Sequence record: MZ443769.1
DNA length: 64,000 nt
Reading direction: 5' to 3' (one strand)
Position 1 is the stretch's first letter, and each line of letters begins with the position of its first letter. A program made the translations under genes and the position numbers. Under the pieces are notes generated by a model, which was not told the origin of the DNA, searched no databases, and saw nothing but the letters and a program-made list of their open reading frames with translations. Of this stretch, positions 26,646 to 35,365 are shown one piece after another.

Positions 26646-27746
26646 ATGTCAAAACAAATGCTTGACCTCCGCAACCCTCAGGACTTTGCTTTCTTTAACA
26701 TGCACAGTGCTGATGGCCAGTACATCTCTGTGTGTGACACTATCCTGCGTGAAGGTACGCTTGAGTGGGATGCAGCACGTACAGACGATCAGTGGCAGAC
26801 AATCATCGGTGTGGGTATGCAGTTGGTCAACACGCTGATCGCTTTCCCTGCGTTGCTGTCTGCGCGTAAGAACTGGGTAGCAGCCGTTGATGAAATGTGC
26901 TGGATGGCTCGCGGCGAAACGAATATCAAAACCCTGGGTTCTAAAATCTGGGACGAGTGGGCTGACGAAAACGGCGAGTGTGGTCCTATCTACGGTGAGA
27001 TGTGGCGACGTTGGCCTGATGTGAAAGCGTTTTTCGATGCAGCTGGTGCTTTACCTGCATTATGGTCTCCTGATCATATTCGCAATCAAGCGGAAATCTC
27101 GCGTATGCGTGAAGACGGATATCTCGAAACGCCTATGTCAGACGGTCGCATTCTGTTTGAAGGTCAGATTGACCAGTTCGCTAATGCGCTCGAACACATC
27201 ATGGCGCGTTCGCGCTCTCGTCGTATTCGCGTTCAGGGATTCAACCCGTCTTATGTGAACATGCAGGGTCTGCCTCCGTGTCATACCGAGTTTGAATTCA
27301 ACGTTACTCAGGCGACTGATTACGAAACCGCACAAATGAACTGGCGTGGGTTCGCACCGCAGAAAGACAGTCTGCATATCACTGTGCAATTACGTTCTAA
27401 CGACTGCCTGCTTGGGCGTCCCTTCAACATCATGGGCTACAGCGCCATGCACCAGTTGATTGCGAAGTGGGCTGGCCTGAACGTTGGTAGCTTCACGTTG
27501 AACTCGACTAACACTCACATCTATACGCACCACGTTGAAGCATATAAAAAGCAGCGTGAGCAGTACGTCGAACTTGAAACGCAGATGAAAGAGACAGGCA
27601 ATCCTATTCAGTATCCGTTGCTGGAAATCTCTGATGAAGTGCTTGGTCTGACTGCGAAAGAACTTCTCGATAACGTGAACATCGACTGGTTCCAGCTTCT
27701 CGACTATTCGCCTAAACCTGCTGTTCGTGGACGGGTGACTAAATGA
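26646..27746 (+). CDS. thyA: thymidylate synthase
   Basis: WDEWADENGECGPIYG, SRRI, LPPCH, RSND..PFN, THIY. Confidence 0.92.
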   Translation: MSKQMLDLRNPQDFAFFNMHSADGQYISVCDTILREGTLEWDAARTDDQWQTIIGVGMQLVNTLIAFPALLSARKNWVAAVDEMCWMARGETNIKTLGSKIWDEWADENGECGPIYGEMWRRWPDVKAFFDAAGALPALWSPDHIRNQAEISRMREDGYLETPMSDGRILFEGQIDQFANALEHIMARSRSRRIRVQGFNPSYVNMQGLPPCHTEFEFNVTQATDYETAQMNWRGFAPQKDSLHITVQLRSNDCLLGRPFNIMGYSAMHQLIAKWAGLNVGSFTLNSTNTHIYTHHVEAYKKQREQYVELETQMKETGNPIQYPLLEISDEVLGLTAKELLDNVNIDWFQLLDYSPKPAVRGRVTK

Positions 27747-28396
27747 AACTCCTGTTGATCAAACGTGTCAGTGCGTTCCTATACGTCGGCTATGCAGAGA
27801 GCGTTCTCGATATCCCGCGTCGAGGTGTTGAACCTCTTAACTTCGACATTCAAATTGATCTGCCGAACAGCGAACGTGAGATAGTAGGTCTGCGTATGGA
27901 TGCTCGCTGTATCTATCATCTGCCTCACAACTGCTTCCTCATTCAGGGTGTTGATACTGATCTCATTCCTCAAGAGATGCCTGCTTCGATGAAGAGTCTG
28001 TGTGCTGAGAACATGGCAATCTTCCTCAACTCGACTCACGGTCGCAACCAAGTTGCTATCAATGACATGCTGGACGAACTCAGTGCAGCAGAGCAGGTTC
28101 ACCCGCACTGGCCAGAAGAAGTGATTCATGCTGGTGCTATTCTGACAGAAGAAGCTGGTGAATGTCTGCGTGACTGTGTAACGTATGATGAAACAGGCAT
28201 TCCTGATCTGATAACGTCCATGCGTCAAGAAGCAGTGCAGACAGGTGCAATGGCGATTCGCTTTATTAAGAATCTCAAGACCTCTCAGAAGCGTACTATG
28301 CCTGCATCTGCGTTACGTTTAATCCTCGAAGGTGATCTCGATGACAGCAGCAAGCTGGCTGAAATCAAACGCCTCATGAATAACGGACCCGTCTAA
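27743..28396 (+). CDS. protein with C-terminal MazG-like NTP-pyrophosphatase domain
   Basis: ILTEEAGECL...MRQEAVQTGAMAIRF EExxE/E pattern. Confidence 0.55.
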   Translation: MKLLLIKRVSAFLYVGYAESVLDIPRRGVEPLNFDIQIDLPNSEREIVGLRMDARCIYHLPHNCFLIQGVDTDLIPQEMPASMKSLCAENMAIFLNSTHGRNQVAINDMLDELSAAEQVHPHWPEEVIHAGAILTEEAGECLRDCVTYDETGIPDLITSMRQEAVQTGAMAIRFIKNLKTSQKRTMPASALRLILEGDLDDSSKLAEIKRLMNNGPV

Positions 28397-29277
28397 TGCA
28401 ATTACTCGCATACATTCCTGCTGCAACGACTGGCGTATTCCGTACGTTGCGTGTTCTCGACCTCGGACTTGAACCGGGTCACGTAGAAGAACTGAAACTG
28501 TTCAACTGCGTCTTTAATAATGTTGAAATCGTTAGCACCGAAGTGCCTGGCGTCTCCGACATTCTTATCCGTGATGCGTATAGCTGGCGCGTCGACCCTC
28601 ACTTCATTCGTCTCGATGCTGAGTACAGTTACTGGTGTGGTAAGCATACTCCATCCATTGAGCAGATGCTTGATGCGCATATCATGAAAGGTCATGTGCC
28701 GGATTTGATCGCGGACTTCGACCAGTTCATTGCGTGGCTCAAAGCAGAACTGGCGAAGCTGCCGCGTGTTGCTACAGACGACCTAAAGTTCGCAGGCTCT
28801 GAGATGAAGCACGGCAATAACCGTTACGACTTGTGGTTATTGTTCAAACACTATCTGATGCTTGACGGTCAGATGACTCTCACTCACAGTCCTGAAAACG
28901 ATATCGGCGTTAGTGACCTGTTTATCTCTGATAAAGGTGTACGCTGGTGGTTGGTCGAGCACAACAAAACGCTGATGGACATTGCACGTTCATCTAACAT
29001 GCTGGCGGCCTATATCACGTTTGATACTCGTCGCGGTGCGCACTATTCGTTTGTGTATGATGATGGCCAGACAGTTGTACGCCACGTCGATGAATCAGAA
29101 TTCATGCACATGGCAGTTCATGGCCAATTCCCGAAAGTGTCCATCACTGAGTCGGACACTGTGTACGATCTCAACTTTGACTTCGCTGAGTTCTTCACTG
29201 AGAAGTATCACAAGTACAACAACCACGTATTCATTGGCGGTCAAAGTGAAGCTCGCGACCTTGTGCGTTTCATCTGA
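28396..29277 (+). CDS. hypothetical protein
   Basis: TAATG coupling, 293 aa. Confidence 0.7.
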   Translation: MQLLAYIPAATTGVFRTLRVLDLGLEPGHVEELKLFNCVFNNVEIVSTEVPGVSDILIRDAYSWRVDPHFIRLDAEYSYWCGKHTPSIEQMLDAHIMKGHVPDLIADFDQFIAWLKAELAKLPRVATDDLKFAGSEMKHGNNRYDLWLLFKHYLMLDGQMTLTHSPENDIGVSDLFISDKGVRWWLVEHNKTLMDIARSSNMLAAYITFDTRRGAHYSFVYDDGQTVVRHVDESEFMHMAVHGQFPKVSITESDTVYDLNFDFAEFFTEKYHKYNNHVFIGGQSEARDLVRFI

Positions 29278-29292
29278 CGGCTAGGCCTCTTG

Positions 29293-29304
29293 CACAGTAA
29301 TTTA
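29293..29304 (+). promoter_or_regulatory. motif II putative promoter
   Basis: CACAGTAATTTA, identical 12-mer also at 46059 and 55321 on the minus strand. Confidence 0.6.
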
Positions 29305-29326
29305 GTCTAACCAAACAGGAGGCCGT

Positions 29327-29662
29327 ATGAATTACGACAAAGCAAAAGATTTTAAACCGTTCAAGTATCTCTCACCTCCTTCTGAGGCACCAGTGCGAGG
29401 CTTCTATGGTACTGTCACTCGTTTGCGCACACTGGACGTTAACATAAACGAAGATACAGCCGAGTTCGTCTTTACTAGGGAAGAGTTAGACTCAATGGAT
29501 CGAGGAACACTGACGTTTCGCGCTAAGGACAGCGGAAGCTCTATCGCAATCAAGAAATGCTCTGTGTCTGGTTTGAAAATGGTAATTACGCTTGAACGAA
29601 GAGTGTTGAACTTCGGTAAAGTCCAAGTCGAGTGGAAGAACGTCGTCCACTATGAATGGTAA
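29327..29662 (+). CDS. hypothetical protein
   Basis: AGGAGG RBS; CACAGTAATTTA motif upstream. Confidence 0.75.
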   Translation: MNYDKAKDFKPFKYLSPPSEAPVRGFYGTVTRLRTLDVNINEDTAEFVFTREELDSMDRGTLTFRAKDSGSSIAIKKCSVSGLKMVITLERRVLNFGKVQVEWKNVVHYEW

Positions 29663-29664
29663 TA

Positions 29665-29674
29665 ACTGTAAATA
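29665..29674 (+). promoter_or_regulatory. motif I putative promoter for the ParB-C5 transferase pair
   Basis: ACTGTAAATA intergenic, 44 nt before ATG. Confidence 0.55.
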
Positions 29675-29708
29675 CAGAGCATTCAGTAACTCATAAAGAG
29701 AATGTACA

Positions 29709-30413
29709 ATGGCAAAAATTGCTAAAGCAAAAGCAAAGGACGGGAAAAAGAAAGGCGCTATGGCTATTGATTTGAAATCTTTCAAGTCGGCTAAACAGCT
29801 TAAAGGCGCTAAGTACAATCCACGTTTCATTACAGACAGTCGCTTGAGCGCACTCGAAAGTTCGTTGGGTAGCTTCGGTGACTTGTCTGGCATCGTGTTT
29901 AACAACAGCGTCAGTTCAGGCGTTCTTATCTCCGGTCACCAGCGTCTCAAGTCAATCAACGATTGGGAAACGCGCATCGAACTCCAGCCTACTTCTGACA
30001 AGTACGGTACAGTCGCTTTGGGTTACGTTCATGCAACGCATCCGAAGTCGAGCAAGACGATTAGCATTCCTCTGCGTATCGTAAACTGGAACGATAAGAA
30101 AGCCGAGTACGCTGCGAACATTGCTGCGAATGCGCACGGCGGTGAGTTCGATAACAAGAAGCTTGCGAATCTGGTTGAGAAACTTGACCTGACTTCTATC
30201 AAGCCTCAACTGCTCGGACTCGACCCGCTGGAAATCCGTGGTCTGCAACAGAAGCTGAAATCACAAGCACTTGTTGAAGGCGAGAAACGCGCAGGCAAAA
30301 CTACTGGTCAGATGAACGGTAGTACGGGCGCATTCAAAGAATACACACCAGATGAAGTCGGCGATAAGCTGTCATGCACCTGCCCACGCTGTGGATTTAA
30401 GTTCGAGGGATAA
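29709..30413 (+). CDS. ParB/Srx-like N-terminal domain protein with C-terminal Zn knuckle
   Basis: LKGAKYNPRFI..LESSL..FG..LISGHQRL..ANIAAN; ends CTCPRCGFKF. Confidence 0.8.
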   Translation: MAKIAKAKAKDGKKKGAMAIDLKSFKSAKQLKGAKYNPRFITDSRLSALESSLGSFGDLSGIVFNNSVSSGVLISGHQRLKSINDWETRIELQPTSDKYGTVALGYVHATHPKSSKTISIPLRIVNWNDKKAEYAANIAANAHGGEFDNKKLANLVEKLDLTSIKPQLLGLDPLEIRGLQQKLKSQALVEGEKRAGKTTGQMNGSTGAFKEYTPDEVGDKLSCTCPRCGFKFEG

Positions 30414-30414
30414 T

Positions 30415-32544
30415 ATGATCATCAAGCCGCCTACAATGAAAGAGATCAACGCGCAAGACAACAATTGGCGTGGCATGAGCTTCTTCGCAGGCTGTGGTGG
30501 TTCTTCTACCGGTCTCAAATGGGCCGGTATTAACATCATCTTGAGTAATGAGTTCGTAGACGTGGCGCGTGAGTCTTATCAAGCGAACCACCCATCTACG
30601 TTAGTTCTCCCTCACGATATCCGTCGTCTCGACCCGAAGAAGATTATGCAGCACTTCGGGATGGGTAAGGGTGAACTTGATTTCCTCGATGGTAGCCCAC
30701 CATGCTTCACTGAGAACACTCTGATTCACACTGCTGAGGGGATGAAGTTCATCTCTGATGTTAATGTCGGCGACATGGCAATGACTTCTGTTGGTCGTTA
30801 TCATGAAGTGTACGATACTATGGTGCGTCCTTATGTTGGTACGATGCACAAGATCGAAACACTGCTCGGCGCGAATAACGCAACGCCTGAACATCCGTTC
30901 TTCATTCGCCGCGTTCAACCTACCGGCTTGTGGTCTGAACCTTTCTGGTGTGATGCGAAAGATGTACAAGAAGGTGATTTACTCTCAACACCTCGAACAA
31001 CTCCTGACATGGGTGCTGACGCTTATCATGGTCAAATGTCATTGCTGACGCCTGTCATTCAGAGCTGGGTAACTTTCCCTGAGTTCTGGTGGGCTATCGG
31101 TCATTGGTGTGCGCACGGTACTCTTGAAGTTGTGCAGGGTGTCGATGTTGTTAGCTTCGAATCGCACACAGCTCAGGAAAACGATCTGATTGAGCAGGTG
31201 TTTGATGTTCTGAAAATCAGTAGCATCAACAGCGTAGACACAACCGTTGACCAGCGCAAGACGTATCGCGTTGTCATGGATTCAGAACTGTTTGCGTTCC
31301 TGAGCAAGTTCGTGGCACAGGGTAAGAACAACCTGTCTCGTCGTCTGCCGTCGATGATCTTCCACTTAGCTACTGAACTGAAACAGCAATTCATTCTCGG
31401 CTATCTCGGTCGTGACTACGTTAGTGCAATGGGCATGAGCCAGTTGATTAGCACAGACAACCGTCGCTTCCTCACTGAAATGAATTACCTGACGTGCTCT
31501 GCATTCAACAGACCTCTGTTCGATGGTATGTTGTTCTCTGATGTGAACTACGGTTCAGCGCTTACGCCTCGTGATCGCAATCAGAAGAAAGAGCATGTCG
31601 GCTATCTGCTGCTGCAAGATGAAAACAATTTCTTCTACGAGTTCAACGATAACGATCCACATCTGTGGGTTCAAGTGATTGAGAACCTAGCGTATCAGAC
31701 AACCTGTGACGTGTACAACTTCTCGGTCAGTGAAGACGAGACGTATGTGGCGAACAGCATTGTCGTGCATAACTGCAAAGGCTTCTCGACTGCTGGCGTG
31801 AAAGAAGAAGGTTGGGGTAAAGAAGTCAAGTACAGCGAGAACAAGAAACAGCAGGTTGATGACCTGTTCGATCAGTATTGCCGTATGATTAGTGGCTTCC
31901 AGCCTAAAGTGTTCACAGCGGAAAACGTCAGTGGTCTTGTGAAAGGATCTTCTAAAGGTTACTTCCTTGAGATCATGAAAACGTTTGACGAGCTTGGCTA
32001 CTATGTCAAAGCACCGTTGATTAACAGTGCATGGCTTGGTGTTCCACAGTCGCGTGAGCGTATCATCTTCATGGGTGTGCGTAAAGACGTTGCACATGCG
32101 TTGGGATATCGCTCAATCGGTACTGCTGTGCCTGCTGTCGTGCCTGCTTCAAGCATGGCTGTGCTTGCTGATGCTCTGCCTAACATCCTGCGATACAAAT
32201 CGGCTGAGAAAGATATCATCAAGTATAAGCCCGCGATGAACGGACCTATGCCTACGATAACTGCTGCTGATGCGATTGCGTATGAGACGGCACGATTCTC
32301 TTCTGCTGGATTTATCGAGGACAACAAGGGCATTCGTCGTAAGCTTACGATTGATGAACTGAAAGTTGTTTCCGGTCTGCCTGCTGATTACAAGCTGGTC
32401 GGTAAGTTCGAACAACAGTGGGAACGTCTCGGTCGTATCTGCGTACCTCACATGACTCATGCTGCTGCGACTGCGTTGATCAATCATATTCTTGTGCCTT
32501 ACGCCAAGAAGAAGAAACAGAAACCGGGCGCTCTCTTCCGCTAG
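30415..32544 (+). CDS. C5 cytosine transferase (DNMT fold), intein-containing; candidate carboxymethyltransferase (CmoX-like)
   Basis: Motif I FFAGCGG, IV GSPP|C, VI ENVSGL, VIII VPQSRERI, IX RKLTIDEL, X LGRICVP (Arg instead of Asn); ATG at 30415 follows the ParB stop. Confidence 0.88.
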   Translation: MIIKPPTMKEINAQDNNWRGMSFFAGCGGSSTGLKWAGINIILSNEFVDVARESYQANHPSTLVLPHDIRRLDPKKIMQHFGMGKGELDFLDGSPPCFTENTLIHTAEGMKFISDVNVGDMAMTSVGRYHEVYDTMVRPYVGTMHKIETLLGANNATPEHPFFIRRVQPTGLWSEPFWCDAKDVQEGDLLSTPRTTPDMGADAYHGQMSLLTPVIQSWVTFPEFWWAIGHWCAHGTLEVVQGVDVVSFESHTAQENDLIEQVFDVLKISSINSVDTTVDQRKTYRVVMDSELFAFLSKFVAQGKNNLSRRLPSMIFHLATELKQQFILGYLGRDYVSAMGMSQLISTDNRRFLTEMNYLTCSAFNRPLFDGMLFSDVNYGSALTPRDRNQKKEHVGYLLLQDENNFFYEFNDNDPHLWVQVIENLAYQTTCDVYNFSVSEDETYVANSIVVHNCKGFSTAGVKEEGWGKEVKYSENKKQQVDDLFDQYCRMISGFQPKVFTAENVSGLVKGSSKGYFLEIMKTFDELGYYVKAPLINSAWLGVPQSRERIIFMGVRKDVAHALGYRSIGTAVPAVVPASSMAVLADALPNILRYKSAEKDIIKYKPAMNGPMPTITAADAIAYETARFSSAGFIEDNKGIRRKLTIDELKVVSGLPADYKLVGKFEQQWERLGRICVPHMTHAAATALINHILVPYAKKKKQKPGALFR
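30703..31773 (+). mobile_element. 357-aa intein with degenerate LAGLIDADG endonuclease, inserted before the catalytic Cys
   Basis: Starts CFTENTLI, block B ATPEHPF, ends ANSIVVHN with +1 Cys; blocks C and E read AIGHWCAHG and FILGYLGRD. Confidence 0.93.
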
Positions 32545-32555
32545 TGAGGTAGATT

Positions 32556-32654
32556 ATGTTTTGGACTGGACTAGCTGTAGGTATCGTCATCGGAATCGTG
32601 GTGACACTCGGTGCTCTCGCATATCTGTTCAGAGACTTCCGCGTGTTTCGTTAA
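32556..32654 (+). CDS. 32-aa single-TM protein
   Basis: GAGGT RBS; MFWTGLAVGIVIGIVVTLGALAYLFRDFRVFR. Confidence 0.6.
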   Translation: MFWTGLAVGIVIGIVVTLGALAYLFRDFRVFR

Positions 32655-32689
32655 CGCACATGGACAAGGAAGTCCATTGAGGATTCACA

Positions 32690-33262
32690 ATGAGCTATTT
32701 GATTAAGAAAGATTTCGTTATCGCGTTTGTCCACGACAAGCGTATGCAAAGTGCTAAAGTCCGACTGAAACTTTCAGGGCTTGATTCAACGTTGCTGTTC
32801 AACCAACTCGCAGCGTTTGATCGTATGACTGCATATCAACTCGTATGTACTCAAGCCGAGAGCATTGATAGCAGTATCGTACTGCCGCAGTATCAGCAAC
32901 ATTTATCTCTGGTCGAAGGTTCAGACCATGTGTTTAAACGCATCGAACAACTCCTTGCAGTTGATGGCGTTAAGTGCCGTGTGGTTCATCTCATTGACCG
33001 CTCGTCGAATACAGCAAGCGTGTTCTGGACCAACCATTCAGGTCATGTATCTGTGAGTGTGCTCGACACAGACAAAGAAAGCCTGAACAAACAAACAATT
33101 TTTGTACGTGACAAACGCTTGGTAGAGAACCTCAACTACGGTACTCACATCCTCGTGTCTGAAAACACGTATGAAGTGGACGACGGCTTGCTGTGCAATA
33201 ACATGTACACGCTTCATAGCCGTGACGCAGAAATCCTCGTTATGAGAGAAAAGCAAAAATGA
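32690..33262 (+). CDS. hypothetical protein
   Basis: GAGGA RBS. Confidence 0.7.
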   Translation: MSYLIKKDFVIAFVHDKRMQSAKVRLKLSGLDSTLLFNQLAAFDRMTAYQLVCTQAESIDSSIVLPQYQQHLSLVEGSDHVFKRIEQLLAVDGVKCRVVHLIDRSSNTASVFWTNHSGHVSVSVLDTDKESLNKQTIFVRDKRLVENLNYGTHILVSENTYEVDDGLLCNNMYTLHSRDAEILVMREKQK

Positions 33263-33459
33263 TGACGTTGTGCCTTGTAATCCTGTTCCTTGCATTCATC
33301 TCCGCAATTTTAACGTCTGATACTTGGCGTGACGTTATGTACGCTACGCCAATGTTTTTCTTCGCTATCGCTGGCATCATTATCGTTGCGCTGTTCTACG
33401 TGATTAAATATCTGGTTAGTACAGTGTGTGATAAAGCCGCTCCTTATTTCAGGACCTAA
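33259..33459 (+). CDS. small two-TM protein
   Basis: Two hydrophobic stretches; ATGA overlap. Confidence 0.6.
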   Translation: MMTLCLVILFLAFISAILTSDTWRDVMYATPMFFFAIAGIIIVALFYVIKYLVSTVCDKAAPYFRT

Positions 33460-33461
33460 TC

Positions 33462-33599
33462 ATGACTGAAACACACATGCTGTATATTGGTCTTGCCCTA
33501 CTCCTCGTTATACTTGGAGTTGTTGGCACTGTGCTGTACTGCGTGTTACGCGCTGTTAATTCGGTAGGTAAAGCCGTTATTAAAGGCTTCGTTCGCTAA
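33462..33599 (+). CDS. 45-aa single-TM protein
   Basis: AGGA RBS; MTETHMLYIGLALLLVILGVVGTVLYCVLR... Confidence 0.55.
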   Translation: MTETHMLYIGLALLLVILGVVGTVLYCVLRAVNSVGKAVIKGFVR

Positions 33600-33775
33600 T
33601 GAGATATGTCATAATCTTCGCACTAGTGTGGATTGCTAGTGCGCACTCGTTATCAACGCTTAACGTATCTGCCGAGAACTCAAACTCGCTCGGCATCATC
33701 TTCGCTGCACTGGTTGTCGTAGTTGAGTGGCAGTGGCTGAAAGCTATTAGGAAAAGTAATGAGCAAAAACACTGA
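33599..33775 (+). CDS. 58-aa two-TM protein
   Basis: TAATG coupling; MRYVIIFALVWIAS...LGIIFAALVVVEWQW. Confidence 0.5.
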   Translation: MRYVIIFALVWIASAHSLSTLNVSAENSNSLGIIFAALVVVVEWQWLKAIRKSNEQKH

Positions 33776-34160
33776 TATTCTGGACGAGTACGGTTTTGAC
33801 TACCAAAGTGGTTACGTTCGTTTTCGTCGTGCTGAGATGTTGTCTGCGTTTCAGTTCCATGTTCGTGAAATTCGTGAAGTTCAGATACATAGCGGTTTGG
33901 CTACACGTATCAGTGACAACGAACAAATTCCTGTCATCCGTGTTCACATTGATCTGATCGGCGGTGGCACCTGCAACTCTGGTCCTATGCACCCAGAGCT
34001 TGATGCAGAAGAAGCTGGGCAGTTGGCCTATGCGTTCTTACGTCTGCGTGACGGTGCGTGTGGTCTTGACGAAGTTTCGTATGAAATCAAATCAGTGAAG
34101 ACTGAGTTCTACCCTAAAGTATACGTCAACTGGAATCTTCCAGTGACACCCGCTGAGTAA
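33759..34160 (+). CDS. hypothetical protein
   Basis: AGGA RBS. Confidence 0.65.
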   Translation: MSKNTDILDEYGFDYQSGYVRFRRAEMLSAFQFHVREIREVQIHSGLATRISDNEQIPVIRVHIDLIGGGTCNSGPMHPELDAEEAGQLAYAFLRLRDGACGLDEVSYEIKSVKTEFYPKVYVNWNLPVTPAE

Positions 34161-34220
34161 TCAGCAACCCATAGTGTGAGGCACAGACGTGACTTCACCT
34201 ATTAGTAGAAGGTATGTATC

Positions 34221-34958
34221 ATGACTAAGCAACAGAACTATAGCTCCGCATTCTCTTTGTTCGACCACGCTGAACTGCGTATCGACAACTTCGGACAACC
34301 TATGCCTGTAGGTGTCATCGAAGGTATTATGTTCTATGGCGATCAGATTCGCTATCGTGTTGCGCTGTTTGTGAATGATGCACCAGTGTACAAACAACCC
34401 CTTCCTTTCTTGCACGAAGGTCTGCCTATTGATGGATTCGTTGAACGTGATTTAGTGCGCTACGGTTACGATAACTTTGCGTCTGTGAAAGAGTCCGAGC
34501 GTAGACCTCAATACAACTTGAACTTGGCTCGCGCTAAGTTTCAGATTGGGGATTTAGTGTCGATTCGTATTCAGATCAGCGATCAAGAACAACAGGACTA
34601 TCACAACATTCCTGTGCTGCTGACTGCTGTACGTTACGAAGAAGGTAAGGTGCTGTACGATGTGAGCATTGACCGTGCATCATACATCGGCACAGACGCA
34701 GAGCACACGAACATCGGTCGTCTGGTTATTGATGAACTGACAAACATTGATGGCGTATTCATTGAGCCTGTCGGTGGCTGGCACGAATACTTAGGCCTAC
34801 CTGAAACTTCTTCTATTGAAGTGAATGGCAATGATGTTAAAGTCCTGCATAAGCCTGAGCCTAGTGCAGTCAATATCTCTGTACAGGTTGAAGGCACTGC
34901 TACTGGTAGATCTTCTGGTACTGAGCCTAATGAGAGTGCTAAACCACGCTCTGAATAA
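34221..34958 (+). CDS. hypothetical protein with apparent internal duplication
   Basis: GIMFYGDQIRYRVAL resembles AVRYEEGKVLYDVSI. Confidence 0.65.
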   Translation: MTKQQNYSSAFSLFDHAELRIDNFGQPMPVGVIEGIMFYGDQIRYRVALFVNDAPVYKQPLPFLHEGLPIDGFVERDLVRYGYDNFASVKESERRPQYNLNLARAKFQIGDLVSIRIQISDQEQQDYHNIPVLLTAVRYEEGKVLYDVSIDRASYIGTDAEHTNIGRLVIDELTNIDGVFIEPVGGWHEYLGLPETSSIEVNGNDVKVLHKPEPSAVNISVQVEGTATGRSSGTEPNESAKPRSE

Positions 34959-34968
34959 TCTGTAAATA
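34959..34968 (+). promoter_or_regulatory. motif I putative promoter
   Basis: TCTGTAAATA intergenic. Confidence 0.55.
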
Positions 34969-34979
34969 TAGAGTAAGCA

Positions 34980-35006
34980 ATGGGTGGCCTTGTGCTGCCC
35001 ATTTTT
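34980..35006 (+). terminator. hairpin + U-tract, GGGTGGC/GCTGCCC family
   Basis: ATGGGTGGC-CTTGT-GCTGCCCAT-TTTT. Confidence 0.75.
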
Positions 35007-35026
35007 GTTTCTAAGGAGATAGTGAC

Positions 35027-35365
35027 ATGCTCAAGTATGACGCTTTGGTTAAACACATGCAGGAGTCTCTGCAAGAATCCGTGTCCGACAAACTGTTCGA
35101 CCATTCTAAAACTGCGCAACAGATACGTGACTCGCTTGTTGAAAAGTTAGATGGTTCTGAGTTTCAGTTTCGTATCAACGATAAGCCTGCTGCATTCCGC
35201 AAAGTCATTTGTGATAGCTCAAACAACACAGATGAAATGATCGCACAAGGTCTTATGATGTGTACGGTTGTTTTCGAATGTCCTGTATTAATTCAACGCA
35301 TTAAGGAGTCCGATAATGTTCAGCAAACTATTGGCTATGTTCCGCAGCAAGAAGAAACCAAGTGA
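35027..35365 (+). CDS. small protein resembling the tail-sheath C-terminal segment
   Basis: FRKVICDSSNNTDEMIAQGLMMCTVVF resembles sheath 'VVCDxxNNTxxVIDxNxFV'. Confidence 0.55.
   Translation: MLKYDALVKHMQESLQESVSDKLFDHSKTAQQIRDSLVEKLDGSEFQFRINDKPAAFRKVICDSSNNTDEMIAQGLMMCTVVFECPVLIQRIKESDNVQQTIGYVPQQEETK

Noticed and set aside
26646-27746. ThyA homologue as a dCMP hydroxymethylase (source of modified C)
   Set aside because: The specificity residue is Asn (RSND..PFN), typical of dUMP-using ThyA; dCMP hydroxymethylases have Asp there.
30352-30414. ORF-track start of the C5 transferase at 30352
   Set aside because: It overlaps the ParB-like gene's Zn-knuckle coding region; ATG 30415 follows the stop with GAGG upstream.
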